A DNA stretch of 64,000 bases from Heterodontus francisci. Its lineage: Eukaryota. The position numbers and the translations under genes are program-made. The stretch's first letter is position 1. Each line of letters begins with the position of its first letter. Of this stretch, positions 1 through 15,022 are shown piece by piece. The notes beneath the pieces were generated by a model, which saw nothing but the letters and a program-made list of their open reading frames with translations, did no database searches and was not told where the DNA came from. The stretch is taken from positions 11,531,558 through 11,595,557 of the forward strand of contig NC_090399.1 of the NCBI RefSeq assembly GCF_036365525.1, in the 5' to 3' direction.

Positions 1-864
1 ATTCGCGATTCCTCAGATACTGAAGCAGTCCGTGTAGAAATGCAGCAAGACCCGGACAATATCCAGGCTTGAACTGATAAGTGGCAAGTAACATTCGCGC
101 CACACAAGTACCAGGCAATGACCATCTCCAATAAGAGAAAATCTAACTATCTCCCCTTGGCATTCAATGGCATTACGATCACTGAATCCTCCACTATCAA
201 CTTCCTGGGGCTTACCATTGACCAGAAACTGAACTGGACCAGCTATATAAATACCGTGGCTACAACAGCAGGTCAGAGGCTAAGATCCTGTGGTGAGTAA
301 CTCACCTCCTGACTTCCCAAAGCCTGTCTACCATCTACAAGGCACAAGTCAGGAGTGTGATGGAATACTCTCCACATGTCTGCATGGGTGCAGCTCCAAC
401 AACACTCAAGAAGCTTGACACCATCCAGGAAGAAGCAGCCCGCTTGATTGGCGCACCATGCACAACATTCACTCCCTGCACCACCGACGCACAGTGGCAA
501 CAGTGTGTACCATCTACAAGATGCACTGCAGTAACGCACCAAGACTCCTTCGACTACATCTTCCAAACCTGTGACCTCTACCAACTAGAAGGACAACAGC
601 AGCAGACGCATGGGAACATCACCACCTGCAAGTTCCCCTCCAAGTCTCACACCATCCTGACTTGGAACTATATCGTCGTTCCTTCACTGTCGCTGGGTCA
701 AAATCCTGGAACTCCCTTCCTAACAGCACAGTGGGTGGACCTACCTCACATGGACTGCAGCAGTTCAAGAAGGCAGCTCACCACCACCTTCCCGAGGGCA
801 GTTAGGGATGGGCATTAATGCTGGCATAGCCAGCGTTGCCCACATCCCATGAATGAATGAAAAA
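1..864 (+). mobile_element. CR1/L2-group non-LTR retrotransposon 3' fragment (family B)
   Basis: Degenerate RT C-terminal coding (LTIDQKLNW..HINTVA) and 3' tail ending cacatcccatgaatgaatgaaaaa; the same family recurs at 37845, 50560 and 62970. Confidence 0.8.
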
Positions 865-984
865 GAACTGACCACTGCATTTCCTGCATAACAACAGTCA
901 CTAAACTTCAAAAGTAATTAATTGACTGCAAAGAATACAATGGCCTAGGAGTGGGTGAAGTGCTGATTCATCGGAATGACACTG

Positions 985-1560
985 GGGCTCAGAGGGTTAA
1001 ATTATGAGGACAGGTTCCATAAACTTTGTTTGTATTCCCTTGAGTTTAGAAGGTTGAGGGGTGAATTGATCGAACTCTTTAAAATGATATAGGGGTTCAG
1101 CAGTATAGATACAGAAAAACTATTTCCTCTGGTGGGGAAATCAAGAACAAGGAAATGTAATCTTAAAATTAATGCCAGGACATGTAGGAGTGAAATCACA
1201 AAGCGCTTCTTCACACAAAGAGTTGTAGAAATCTGAACGACCTCTCCCAAAACACTGTAGTTGCTGAGGTTCAATTGGAACTTTCTGGACTGTGATTGAT
1301 AGATTTGTAATGAATCTGCAGATGCTAGAAATCTGAAATAAAAACGGAAAGCGCTGGAAATACTCAGCAGGTCTGGCAGCATCTGTGGAGAGAGAAACAG
1401 AGTTAACGTTTCAGGCTGGTGAGAACACTCGATAGATTTTTGTTGGGTAAGGCGATTAAGGGAAATGGAACTAAGGTAGGGAAATGGAGTTGAGGTACAG
1501 GGCAGGCATGATTGGATAGAATGGCAGGATGGGCTGAATAGCCTACTCCTGTTCCCTTGG
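985..1560 (+). mobile_element. CR1 LINE 3' fragment interrupted by a Penelope-type terminal fragment (about 1317-1420, - strand)
   Basis: CR1 C-terminal coding (..SLEFRRLRG.LIE..K) and ctactcctgttcc tail; the insert matches the gatgctgcctgacctgctgagtatttccagc motif at 25430 in reverse. Confidence 0.65.
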
Positions 1561-1929
1561 TTTGTGTGACACAACTGACACAGAACAGCTTCTCTGTTTG
1601 CCTAGGGTACAATAAAACTAATCTGATGCACAAAGCAGATTAAGATATCATGAAGCTTTATGCAAATACAGTTATTTCAAATCAGCAAAAATAACTGAAA
1701 ATGATAAACCTCAAAATGTGACCGCAGCATGGTTGTAATATGTACAACTTCCCAAAAGAGGGCAGTAAGGTGTAAAGGAAATGCAGAGCACAAACTCACT
1801 TTTAAATAATCTCCCTGAGGAATTTAACAGGATGTCTCAAACACCTGTTAATATTGATTGTACAGTTACCAGTAAAATTATTTCCCTTATCCAAAATGAT
1901 AAAACATAAAACTTGCAAACAAAGTACTT

Positions 1930-3010
1930 GTGCTCATTTCGAGAGGGGTAGAAGTGAAAAGCAGGGATGTTGTGTTAAACTTGTTGAGACCACATTTGAA
2001 GCACTGTGCACAGTTCTGGTCTCCATATTATAAAACCGAGATAAGCAGGTACTGCAAAAGATGCAAAAACAGATTTACCAGGATGATGTCAGAATTGAGA
2101 GGTTACAACTATCTGAAAAGCCTAAACAGGCTGGACCTCTTTTCTCCAGAAAAGAGAAGATTAAGAGGCGACATAATATGAAGAGAAGACTGAGGGCTGA
2201 ACTGATGGTCTTTAAAATTACGAGAGGGTTTGATAGGGACAGATGTGGAGAAGATGTTTCCACTTGCTGGCAGGGCCAAAACTAGAGGCCATAAATAAAA
2301 GATAGTCACAAATAAACCCAATCGGGAACTCAGGAGAAACTTCACTACCCAGAGAGCGGTGAGAATGTGGAGCTTGCTGCCACACAGAGTGGTTGAGGCA
2401 AATAGCATATATGCATTTCAGGGGAAGCTGGATAAGCACACGAGGGGGAAAGGAATAGAAGGGTATGTTGATAGGGTGAGATGAAGTAGGGTGGGAAGAG
2501 ACTTGTGTGGAGCAGAGACGCCAGCACTGACCTGCTGGGCCGAATGGCCTGTCTCTACATTTTGAACATGCAAAATTGCGTTTTAATGCAGAAGGAGCTA
2601 CCGATTGATGCCTTGCACGATCCTGGATCCCTTCAAGAAAGCCTAACTGCACAGCAAGCCTCCAGACAGGCACTGACTGATGTGCCATTCTCATCACTTA
2701 AAGCAATACGTCTTGAAAAGGGTTTGATATAATGCATAGAGAACGGTTGTTCCCTCTGGTGAGTGGGTCAATAACCGCAGAGGCCATAGATTTAAACATC
2801 ATTGGCAAAAAATCTAGAAGGGAGATGAGGAGAGGTTTCAGCACTCAGAGAGTTGTCGGGATCTGGATTGCTCTACCTGAAAAGGTGGTGGAAGCTGATC
2901 CCATAAATTGGAAAGGGAGGAACTTACAGAATCACAGCTAAAATATTGGGTTGTGGGTCTATGCATGACTCTCCTTCAGAGAGCCAGTGTGGACATGATG
3001 GACTGGACTG
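1930..3010 (+). mobile_element. CR1 LINE 3' fragments
   Basis: Translations RPHLKHCAQFWSPYY, EKRRLRGD and RRGFSTQRVVGIW; ggccgaatggcct tail. Confidence 0.75.
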
Positions 3011-4519
3011 TATATTTAACAGCACAGAAGGAAGCCCTTCGGCCCATCATGTCTGGCTGTCTGAATGAGTTCTCTCCTTACTCCCATTCCCCTATCCTTT
3101 CCACAGGCCCCTTCAAATTTGTGTTCTTCAAATATTGACCTAGTTCCCCTTTTAAATGTGATTCTGTTTTTCTGGTCGGAATTTCCAACTCTCTGCCAAG
3201 AAAAAAAATTCCTTTGTTCTATCAATGATGACCTTACATCTATTTCCCTTAAGTCGCCCACTCACTGACTAGTTTCGTGCTCAGTCACTTTATCCAAAAT
3301 AATGAATACTTCTATCAGACCTTCCATTCAATTAGATCATGGCTGATCTGTATCTTAACTCCTTTTAGCTGCCTTGCTTCCATATTCCTTAACATCCTTA
3401 ACCAACAAAAATCTATCAAGCTCAGTTTTGACATTTTCAATTGACCCCAGCTTCAACACCATCCTGGCGAGGAGAATTCCAGATTTCCACTATGCTTTGT
3501 CGGAGAAAGTGCTTCCTGACTTCACTCCTGAACATCCTAATTCCAATTTAAGATTATGCCCCCTTTATTCTAGATTCCCCCACTAGAGGAAATGATTTCT
3601 CTTTATCTGCTCTTTCAAATCCTTTAATCATCTTAAACACCGCAGTTAGATCATTCCTCAATTTCCAGAGAAAACAAGTCTAAACTGCGTAACTTTGTAA
3701 TTTAACCTTTTTAGCCCCAGTATTATTCTGGTGAATCTGCACTTCACCCACTCCAAACTGAACGCAGTACCCCAGGTAGGTTCTAACCAGAGCTTTATAT
3801 AACTGGAACAAATAACGCGACAGTACTCACCAACTACATCAATGAAGTGTCCAAGTGTTTACATCCACAATGAGGCTTAACACACAATCTCCTAAATCAC
3901 CAGCAAACACACTAGTAACCCGGCAAAATGATAAATAAATAGTTTAGACATATAGATCAATAGACGGATAAAGAAAATGAGGCAGCGGATTAAGATAATT
4001 GACTAGGTTTAATGGCACCTAGGCTGAAATAATGAAAGGAGAATTCACATCTTTCCAGGAGCAGTCGGCAAATATATCATTCAGTGAGAGGTAGTTTACC
4101 CGCACTGCACTATAATACGTCAGAGACACAAATGAGCAAATTTATAACCTTAGAGCCAAGAGGAAACAAAGAATATTGGACAATGCAATAAAATCCTGCT
4201 AAAATGAAATGTCGAGTTTTTGCCACACCGATCCCTTGAAAACTCCATTCAGATGTAAGCTCTGAACAAAACAGCATAAGAGGCCGGGCAAAATGTACAC
4301 AATAGGGCAAACCCATCTGAAACTCAGTAAACACTATTCAGTTGGGGATTGGGGAAATTCTGTACAGTGGCAGTAAATGGGGAAAAATATTTTAATCCAC
4401 GGGAATTCAATACATTGGATTACATCCACTGAAAATCGATGTAATTGGAGGAAATGGGAGCAACTCGGATCGGATTCTGGGAATAGGGATGGATTTGAAT
4501 TTTGTACAGTGACTGGAGA

Positions 4520-5013
4520 TACTTGCCTTAGACGGGGTGCAGCAAAGTCTCACTAGATTGATTCCTGGCTTAGTCCTATAAGGAGAGATTGAGTAGATGG
4601 GGCCTATTTTATCTGGAGTTTAGAAGAATGTGGTGATTTCACTGAACCCTATAAGATTCTGAGAGAGCTTGATAGGTTAGATGCTGAGAGGCTGTTTTCC
4701 CTGGTTGGAGAGTCTAGAACTAAGGAGCATAGTGACAGGATAAGGGGATGGCCATTTAGGACTGGGATGAGGAAAATTTTCTTCACTCAGAGGGTGCGAA
4801 TCTATGGAATTCTGTACCTGAGAGAACAGTGGATGTTCAGTTGTTGAATATATTTAATACGGAGGCTGATAGATTTTTGAACTCTAAGGGAATTAAGGGA
4901 TATGGGGACAGTGCAGGAAGGTGGAGTTGAGGTGGAGGATCAGCCATGATCTGAGTGAATGGCAGAGCAGGCTTGATGGGCCGAATGGACTACACCTGCT
5001 TCTTCTATTCTTG
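4520..5013 (+). mobile_element. CR1 3' fragment at the left edge of the 41-bp satellite
   Basis: CR1 3' end (ttcttcactcagagggt...gggccgaatggactacacctgcttct) with satellite-like units on both sides. Confidence 0.7.
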
Positions 5014-5014
5014 T

Positions 5015-8000
5015 AGGGAAGGAATTGGATCAAATTCTGTTCAATGACTGGGCATAGGGAACGGTTGGCTTGAATTCTATTCAATGACTGGGAATAGGGA
5101 ATGAATTGGATTGAATTTTGTACAATGACTGGAAATAGGGAATGAATTGGACAGAATTCTGTACAATGACTGGGAATAGGGAATGAATTGGATTGAATTC
5201 TGTTCAATGACTGGGAATAGGGAATGAATTGGATTGAATTCTGTTCAATGACTGGGAATAGGGAATGAATTGGATTGAATTCTGTTCAATGACTGGGAAT
5301 AGGGAATGAATTGGATTGAATTCTGTTCAATGACTGGGAATAGGGAATGAATTGGATTGAATTCTGTTCAATGACTGGGAATAGGGAATGAATTGGATTG
5401 AATTCTATTCAATGACTGGGAATAGGGAATGAATTGGATAGAATTCTGTACAATGACTGGAAATAGAGAATGAATTGGATTGAATTCTGTACAATGACTG
5501 GAAATAGAGAATGAATTGGATTGAATTCTGTACAATGACTGGAAATAAAGAATGAATTGGATTGAATTCTATTCAATGACTGGGAATAGGGAATGAATTG
5601 GATTGAATTATATTCAATGACTGGGAATAGGGAATGAATTGGATAGAATTCAGTTCAATGGCTGGAAATAGGGAATGAATTGGATTGAATTCTGTACAAT
5701 GACTGGAAATAGGGAATGAATTGGATTGAATTCTATTCAATGACTGGGAATAGGGAATGAATTGGATAGAATTCTGTACAATGACTGGAAATAGAGAATG
5801 AATTGGATTGAATTCTATTCAATGACTGGGAATAGGGAATGAATTGGATTGAATTATATTCAATGACTGGGAACAGGGAATGAATTGGATAGAATTCAGT
5901 TCAATGGCTGGAAATAGGGAATGAATTGGATTGAATTCTGTACAATGACTGGAAATAGGGAATGAATTGGATTGAATTCTATTCAATGACTGGGAATAGG
6001 GAATGAATTGGATAGAATTCCGTTCAATGACTGGAAATAGGGAATGAATTGGATTGAATTCTATTCAATGACTGGGAATAGGGAATGAATTGGATAGAAT
6101 TCCGTTCAATGACTGGAAATAGGGAATGAATTGGATAGAATTCCGTTCAATGACTGGAAATAGGGAATGAATTGGATTGAATTCTATTCAATGACTGGGA
6201 ATAGGGAATGAATTGGATAGAATTCCGTTCAATGATTGGAAAAAGGGAATGAATTGGATTGAATTCTATTCAATGACTGGAAATAGGGAATGAATTGGAT
6301 AGAATTCAGTTCAATGACTGGAAATAGGGAATGAATTGGATTGAATTCTGGACAATGATTGGAAAAAGGGAATGAATTGGATTGAATTATATTCAATGAC
6401 TGGGAATAGGGAATGAATTGGATTGAATTATATTCAATGACTGGGAATAGGGAATGAATTGGATAGAATTCAGTTCAATGACTGGAAAAAGGGAATGAAT
6501 TGGATTGAATTATATTCAATGACTGGGAATAGGGAATGAATTGGATTGAATTATATTCAATGACTGGGAATAGGGAATGAATTGGATTGAATTATATTCA
6601 ATGACTGGGAATAGGGAATGAATTGGATAGAATTATATTCAATGACTGGGAATAGGGAATGAATTGGATAGAATTCAGTTCAATGACTGGAAATAGGGAA
6701 TGAATTGGATTGAATTATATTCAATGACTGGGAATAGGGAATGAATTGGATTGAATTATATTCAATGACTGGGAATAGGGAATGAATTGGATAGAATTAT
6801 ATTCAATGACTGGGAATAGGGAATGAATTGGATTGAATTATATTCAATGACTGGGAATAGGGAATGAATTGGATTGAATTATATTCAATGACTGGGAATA
6901 GGGAATGAATTGGATTGGATTATATTCAATGACTGGGAATAGGGAATGAATTGGATAGAATTCAGTTCAATGACTGGAAATAGGGAATGAATTGGATTGA
7001 ATTATATTCAATGACTGGGAATAGGGAATGAATTGGATTGAATTATATTCAATGACTGGGAATAGGGAATGAATTGGATTGAATTCAGTTCAATGACTGG
7101 AAATAGGGAATGAATTGGATTGAATTATATTCAATGACTGGGAATAGGGAATGAATTGGATAGAATTCTGTACAATGACTGGGAATAGGGAATGAATTGG
7201 ATTGAATTATATTCAATGACAGGGAATAGGGAATGAATTGGATAGAATTCTGTACAATGACTGGGAATAGGGAATGAATTGGATTGAATTCTGTTCAATG
7301 ACTGGGAATAGGGAATGAATTGGATTGAATTCAGTTTAATGACTGGAAATAGGGAATGAATTGGATTGAATTATATTCAATGACTGGGAATAGGGAATGA
7401 ATTGGATTGAATTCTGTTCAATGACTGAAAATAGGGAATGAATTGGATTGAATTCTGTACAATGACTGGGAATAGGGAATGAATTGGATTGAATTATATT
7501 CAATGACTGGGAATAGGGAATGAATTGGATAGAATTCAGTTCAATGACTGGAAATAGGGAATGAATTGGATTGAATTCTGTTCAATGACTGAAAATAGGG
7601 AATGAATTGGATTGAATTCTGTACAATGACTGGGAATAGGGAATGAATTGGATTGAATTATATTCAATGACTGGGAATAGGGAATGAATTGGATAGAATT
7701 CAGTTCAATGACTGGAAATAGGGAATGAATTGGATTGAATTATATTCAATGACTGGGAATAGGGAATGAATTGGATTGAATTATATTCAATGACTGGGAA
7801 TAGGGAATGAATTGGATAGAATTCAGTTCAATGACTGGAAATAGGGAATGAATTGGATTGAATTATATTCAATGACAGGGAATAGGGAATGAATTGGATA
7901 GAATTCTGTACAATGACTGGGAATAGGGAATGAATTGGATTGAATTCTGTTTAATGACTGGGAATAGGGAATGAATTGGATTGAATTCAGTTTAATGACT

Positions 8001-11000
8001 GGAAATAGGGAATGAATTGGATTGAATTATATTCAATGACTGGGAATAGGGAATGAATTGGATTGAATTATATTCAATGACTGGGAATAGGGAATGAATT
8101 GGATAGAATTCAGTTCAATGACTGGAAATAGGGAATGAATTGGATTGAATTATATTCAATGACTGGGAATAGGGAATGAATTGGTTTGAATTCAGTTCAA
8201 TGACTGGAAATAGGGAATGAATTGGATTGAATTATATTCAATGACTGGGAATAGGGAATGAATTGGATAGAATTCAGTTCAATGACTGGAAATAGGGAAT
8301 GAATTGGATTGAATTATATTCAATGACAGGGAATAGGGAATGAATTGGATAGAATTCTGTACAATGACTGGGAATAGGGAATGAATTGGATTGAATTCTG
8401 TTCAATGACTGGGAATAGGGAATGAATTGGATTGAATTCAGTTTAATGACTGGAAATAGGGAATGAATTGGATTGAATTATATTCAATGACTGGGAATAG
8501 GGAATGAATTAGATAGAATTCAGTTCAATGACTGGAAATAGGGAATGAATTGGATTGAATTCTGTTCAATGACTGAAAATAGGGAATGAATTGGATTGAA
8601 TTCTGTACAATGACTGGGAATAGGGAATGAATTGGATTGAATTATATTCAATGACTGGGAATAGGGAATGAATTGGATAGAATTCAGTTCAATGACTGGA
8701 AATAGGGAATGAATTGGATTGAATTATATTCAATGACTGGGAATAGGGAATGAATTGGATAGAATTCAGTTCAATGACTGGAAATAGGGAATGAATTGGA
8801 TTGAATTCTGTTCAATGACTGGGAATAGGGAATGAATTGGATTGAATTATATTCAATGACTGGGAATAGGGAATGAATTGGATAGAATTCAGTTCAATGA
8901 CTGGAAATAGGGAATGAATTGGATTGAATTCAGTTCAATGACTGGGAATAGGGAATGAATTGGATTGAATTATATTCAATGACTGGGAATAGGGAATGAA
9001 TTGGATAGAATTCAGTTCAATGACTGGAAATAGGGAATGAATTGGATTGAATTCAGTTCAATGACTGGAAATAGGGAATGAATTGGATTGAATTATATTC
9101 AATGACTGGGAATAGGGAATGAATTGGATAGAATTCAGTTCAATGACTGGAAATAGGGAATGAATTGGATTGAATTATATTCAATGACTGGGAATAGGGA
9201 ATGAATTGGATTGAATTCTGTACAATGACTGGGAATAGGGAATGAATTGGATTAAATTCTGTTCAATGACTGGGAATAGGGAATGAATTGGATTGAATTC
9301 AGTTTAATGACTGGAAATAGGGAATGAATTGGATTGAATTCAGTTCAATGGCTGGGAATAGGGAATGAATTGGATTGAATTTTGTACAATGACTGGAAAT
9401 AGGGAATGAATTGGATTGAATTCAGTTCAATGACTGAAAATAGGGAATGAATTGGCTTGAATTCAGTTCAATGGCTGGGAATAGGGAATGAATTGGATTG
9501 AATTTTGTACAATGACTGGAAATAGGGAATGAATTGGATTGAATTCAGTTCAATGACTGGAAATAGGGAATGAATTGGATTGAATTATATTCAATGACTG
9601 GGAATAGGGAATGAATTGGATTGAATTCAGTTCAATGGCTGGGAATAGGGAATGAATTGGATTGAATTTTGTACAATGACTGGAAATAGGGAATGAATTG
9701 GATTGAATTCAGTTCAATGACTGGAAATAGGGAATGAATTGGATTGAATTATATTCAATGACTGGGAATAGGGAATGAATTCGATAGAATTCAGTTCAAT
9801 GACTATAAATAGGGAATGAATTGGATTGAATTATATTCAATGACTGGGAATAGGGAATGAATTGGATAGAATTCTGTACAATGACTGGGAATAGGGAATG
9901 AATTGGATTGAATTCTATTCAATGACTGGGAATAGGGAATGAATTGGATTGCATTTTGTACAATGACTGGAAATAGGGAATGAATTGGATTGAATTTTGT
10001 ACAATGACTGGAAATAGGGAATGAATTGGATTGAATTTTGTACAATGACTGGAAATAGGGAATGAATTGGATTGAATTTTGTACAATGACTGGAAATAGG
10101 GAATGAATTGGATTGAATTTTGTACAATGACTGGAAATAGGGAATGAATTGGATTGAATTCAATTCAATGACTGGAAATAGGGAATGAATTGGATTGCAT
10201 TTTGTACAATGACTGGAAATAGGGAATGAATTGGATTGAATTCTATTCAATGACTGGAAATAGGGAATGAATTGGATTGAATTCTATTCAATGACTGGGA
10301 ATAGGGAATGAATTGGATTACATTTTGTACAATGACTGGAAATAGGGAATGAATTGGATTGAATTCTATTCAATGACTGGAAATAGGGAATGAATTGGAT
10401 TGAATTCTATTCAATGACTGGAAATAGGGAATGAATTGGATTGAATTCAGTTCAATGACTGGAAATAGGGAATGAATTGGATTGAATTCAATTCAATGAC
10501 TGGGAATAGGGAATGAATTGGATTGAATTTTGTACAATGACTGAAAATAGGGAATGAATTGGATTGAATTTTGTACAATGACTGGAAATAGGGAATGAAT
10601 TGGATTGAATTTTGTACAATGACTGGAAATAGGGAATGAATTGGATTGAATTCTATTCAATGACTGGGAATAGGGAATGAATTGGATTGAATTCTGTACA
10701 ATGACTGGAAATAGGGAATGAATTGGATTGAATTCTATTCAATGACTGGAAATAGGGAATGAATTGGATTGAATTCTGTACAATGACTGGAAATAGGGAA
10801 TGAATTGGATTGAATTATATTCAATGACTGGGAATAGGGAATGAATTGGATTGAATTCTGTACAATGACTGGAAATAGGGAATGAATTGGATTGAATTTT
10901 GTACAATGACTGGAAATAGGGAATGAATTGGATTGAATTTTGTACAATGACTGGAAATAGGGAATGAATTGGTTTGAATTCTATTCAATGACTGGGAATA

Positions 11001-14000
11001 GGGAATGAATTGGATTGAATTCTGTACAATGACTGGAAATAGGGAATGAATTGGATTGAATTCTATTCAATGACTGGAAATAGGGAATGAATTGGATTGA
11101 ATTCTGTACAATGACTGGAAATAGGGAATGAATTGGATTGAATTATATTCAATGACTGGGAATAGGGAATGAATTGGATTGAATTCTGTACAATGACTGG
11201 AAATAGGGAATGAATTGGATTGAATTCTATTCAATGACTGGAAATAGGGAATGAATTGGATTGAATTCAGTTCAATGACTGGAAATAGGGAATGAATTGG
11301 ATAGAATTCTGTACAATGACTGGAAATAGGGAATGAATTGGATTGAATTCTATTCAATGACTGGGAATAGGGAATGAATTGGATTGAATTTTGTACAATG
11401 ACTGGAAATAGGGAATGAATTGGATTGAATTCTATTCAATGACTGGGAATAGGGAATGAATTGGATAGAATTCTGTACAATGACTGGAAATAGGGAATGA
11501 ATTGGATAGAATTCAGTTCAATGACTGGAAATAGGGAATGAATTGGATTGAATTATATTCAATGACTGGGAATAGGGAATGAATTGGATTGAATTCTATT
11601 CAATGACTGGGAATAGGGAATGAATTGGATTGAATTTTGTACAATGACTGGAAATAGGGAATGTATTGGATTGAATTCTATTCAATGACTGGGAATAGGG
11701 AATGAATTGGATAGAATTCTGTACAATGACTGGAAATAGGGAATGAATTGGATAGAATTCTGTACAATGACTGGAAATAGGGAATGAATTGGATTGAATT
11801 ATATTCAATGACTGGGAATAGGGAATGAATTGGATAGAATTCTGTACAATGACTGGAAATAGGGAATGAATTGGATAGAATTCTGTACAATGACTGGAAA
11901 TAGGGAATGAATTGGATAGAATTCTGTACAATGACTGGAAATAGGGAATGAATTGGATTGAATTCTATTCAATGACTGGAAATAGGGAATGAATTGGATA
12001 GAATTCTGTACAATGACTGGAAATAGGGAATGAATTGGATTGAATTCTATTCAATGACTGGAAATAGGGAATGAATTGGATAGAATTCTGTACAATGACT
12101 GGAAATAGGGAATGAATTGGATAGAATTCTGTACAATGACTGGAAATAGGGAATGAATTGGATTGAATTCTATTCAATGACTGGAAATAGGGAATGAATT
12201 GGATTGAATTCTATTCAATGACTGGAAATAGGGAATGAATTGGATAGAATTCTGTACAATGACTGGAAATAGGGAATGAATTGGATTGAATTCTATTCAA
12301 TGACTGGAAATAGGGAATGAATTGGATAGAATTCTGTACAATGACTGGAAATAGGGAATGAATTGGATTGAATTCTATTCAATGACTGGAAATAGGGAAT
12401 GAATTGGATAGAATTCTGTACAATGACTGGAAATAGGGAATGAATTGGATTGAATTCTATTCAATGACTGGAAATAGGGAATGAATTGGATTGAATTCTA
12501 TTCAATGACTGGAAATAGGGAATGAATTGGATAGAATTCTGTACAATGACTGGAAATAGGGAATGAATTGGATTGAATTCTATTCAATGACTGGAAATAG
12601 GGAATGAATTGGATAGAATTCTGTACAATGACTGGAAATAGGGAATGAATTGGATTGAATTCAGTTCAATGACTGGAAATAGGGAATGAATTGGATAGAA
12701 TTCTGTACAATAACTGGAAATAGGGAATGAATTGGATTGAATTCTATTCAATGACTGGAAATAGGGAATGAATTGGGTTGAATTCTATTCAATGACTGGA
12801 AATAGGGAATGAATTGGATAGAATTCTGTACAATGACTGGAAATAGGGAATGAATTGGATTGAATTCTATTCAATGACTGGAAATAGGGAATGAATTGGA
12901 TAGAATTCTGTACAATGACTGGAAATAGGGAATGAATTGGATTGAATTCAGTTCAATGACTGGAAATAGGGAATGAATTGGATAGAATTCTGTACAATGA
13001 CTGGAAATAGGGAATGAATTGGATTGAATTCTATTCAATGACTGGAAATAGGGAATGAATTGGATAGAATTCTGTACAATGACTGGAAATAGGGAATGAA
13101 TTGGATTGAATTCTATTCAATGACTGGAAATAGGGAATGAATTGGATAGAATTCTGTACAATGACTGGAAATAGGGAATGAATTGGATTGAATTCAGTTC
13201 AATGACTGGAAATAGGGAATGAATTGGATAGAATTCTGTACAATGACTGGAAATAGGGAATGAATTGGATAGAATTCTGTACAATGACTGGAAATAGGGA
13301 ATGAATTGGATTGAATTCAGTTCAATGACTGGAAATAGGGAATTAATTGGATTGAATTCAGTTCAATGACTGGAAATAGGGAATGAATTGGATAGAATTC
13401 TGTACAATGACTGGAAATAGGGAATGAATTGGATTGAATTCTATTCAATGACTGGGAATAGGGAATGAATTGGATAGAATTCAGTTCAATGACTGGAAAT
13501 AGGGAATGAATTGGATAGAATTCAGTTCAATGACTGTAAATAGGGAATGAATTGGATTGAATTATATTCAATGACTGGGAATAGGGAATGAATTGGATTG
13601 AATTCAGTTCAATGACTGGAAATAGGGAATGAATTGGATTGAATTATATTCAATGACTGGGAATAGGGAATGAATTGGATTGAATTCTATTCAATGACTG
13701 GAAATAGGGAATGAATTGGATAGTATTCAGTTCAATGACTGTAAATAGGGAATGAATTGGATTGAATTATATTCAATGATTGGGAATAGGGAATGAATTG
13801 GATTGAATTCAGTTCAATGACTGGAAATAGGGAATGAATTGGATTGAATTCAGTTCAATGACTGGAAATAGGGAATGAATTGGATTGAATTATATTCCAT
13901 GACTGGGAATAGGGAATGAATTGGATAGAATTCTGTACAATGACTGGGAATAGGGAATGAATTGGATTGAATTCTATTCAATGACTGGAAATAGGGAATG

Positions 14001-14250
14001 AATTGGATTGAATTCAGTTCAATGACTGGAAATAGGGAATGAATTGGATTGAATTCAGTTCAATGACTGGAAATAGGGAATGAATTGGATTGAATTCAGT
14101 TCAATGACTGGAAATAGGGAATGAATTGGATTGAATTCAGTTCAATGACTGGAAATAGGGAATGAATTGGATTGAATTCAGTTCAATGACTGGAAATAGG
14201 GAATGAATTGGATTGAATTCAGTTCAATGACTGGGAATAGGGAATGAATT
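5015..14250. repeat. 41-bp tandem satellite, about 225 copies
   Basis: Unit aatgactgg(g/a)aatagggaatgaattggat(t/a)gaatt(ctgttc/ctattc/ctgtac/atattc/cagttc/ttgtac) repeated without interruption. Confidence 0.98.
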
Positions 14251-14896
14251 TACCCATTGAGTTCTAGCTTGATCAGTTGTGTGGGTCCTTGCAATGTGCT
14301 GATGCATAAATTGTCTCTAACACAGTGACTGGGATGTGATTCCACTTTTCCTCATTCTAACCATGTACTTCTACTACACCTCATCTTAGTAATTCCTTTT
14401 CTTTCTGTTCGCCTTTGCTTTTTTAAAAAAAAAATGCCTAAAATTAGATCTCTGCCCTTTCCTGAAACTACTGCACCCAGTCATCCTCGGGCTCTATAGA
14501 TTGGTAAAAATTTCCTTTTGCAACATTAAATGAATCATCTGTTTCTTATCAATAATTTCATTCACTTTTATTGGAAAATTAATAAAATCAAAAGATAGAT
14601 GGGGTGGGGGGAATACCGCAATATCTTAAAAAGTAAAAATAAGCTTACACATTCACATCTAAGCCCCCTTATTTCCATTTCTCACTCTGTCTCTCTTTGT
14701 CTTTCCTTCTGTCTCTCTCTATCTATCTCAAACTCTGTTGCCGTCTGTCACTCCCTCTGTCTGTTTTCTGAACTCTCTGGCTGTATCTGCCTCTTTCCAT
14801 CTCTCTCTCTATCTCTGTTTCAATCTCTATCATTCACTCTTACTCTCACTCTTTTTCTATGTAATATAGCCTGATTCTTAGGGGCTGGGCTCAGTT

Positions 14897-14925
14897 GGGT
14901 AATCCCCATGAGATGCTTCAAATAC
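14897..14925 (+). promoter_or_regulatory. Gene A core promoter: kB-like GGGTAATCCC, 10 bp, TATA-like TTCAAATA
   Basis: About 100 bp upstream of the ATG, with the same spacing as in genes B and C. Confidence 0.5.
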
Positions 14926-15022
14926 GGAGCAGCTTCAATGTGTGAGCCAAATGCAATTTGAGAGAGAGAGATACACACAGAAAAACCCTTTAAGCGGTAT
15001 CTGCAGCAGCACGGCCGGGACA

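Noticed and set aside
5015-14250. CRISPR-like array or repetitive ORFs in the satellite
   Set aside because: There are no unique spacers, only a few recurring 6-nt variants; no cas genes; eukaryotic context. The ORFs are by-products of periodicity.
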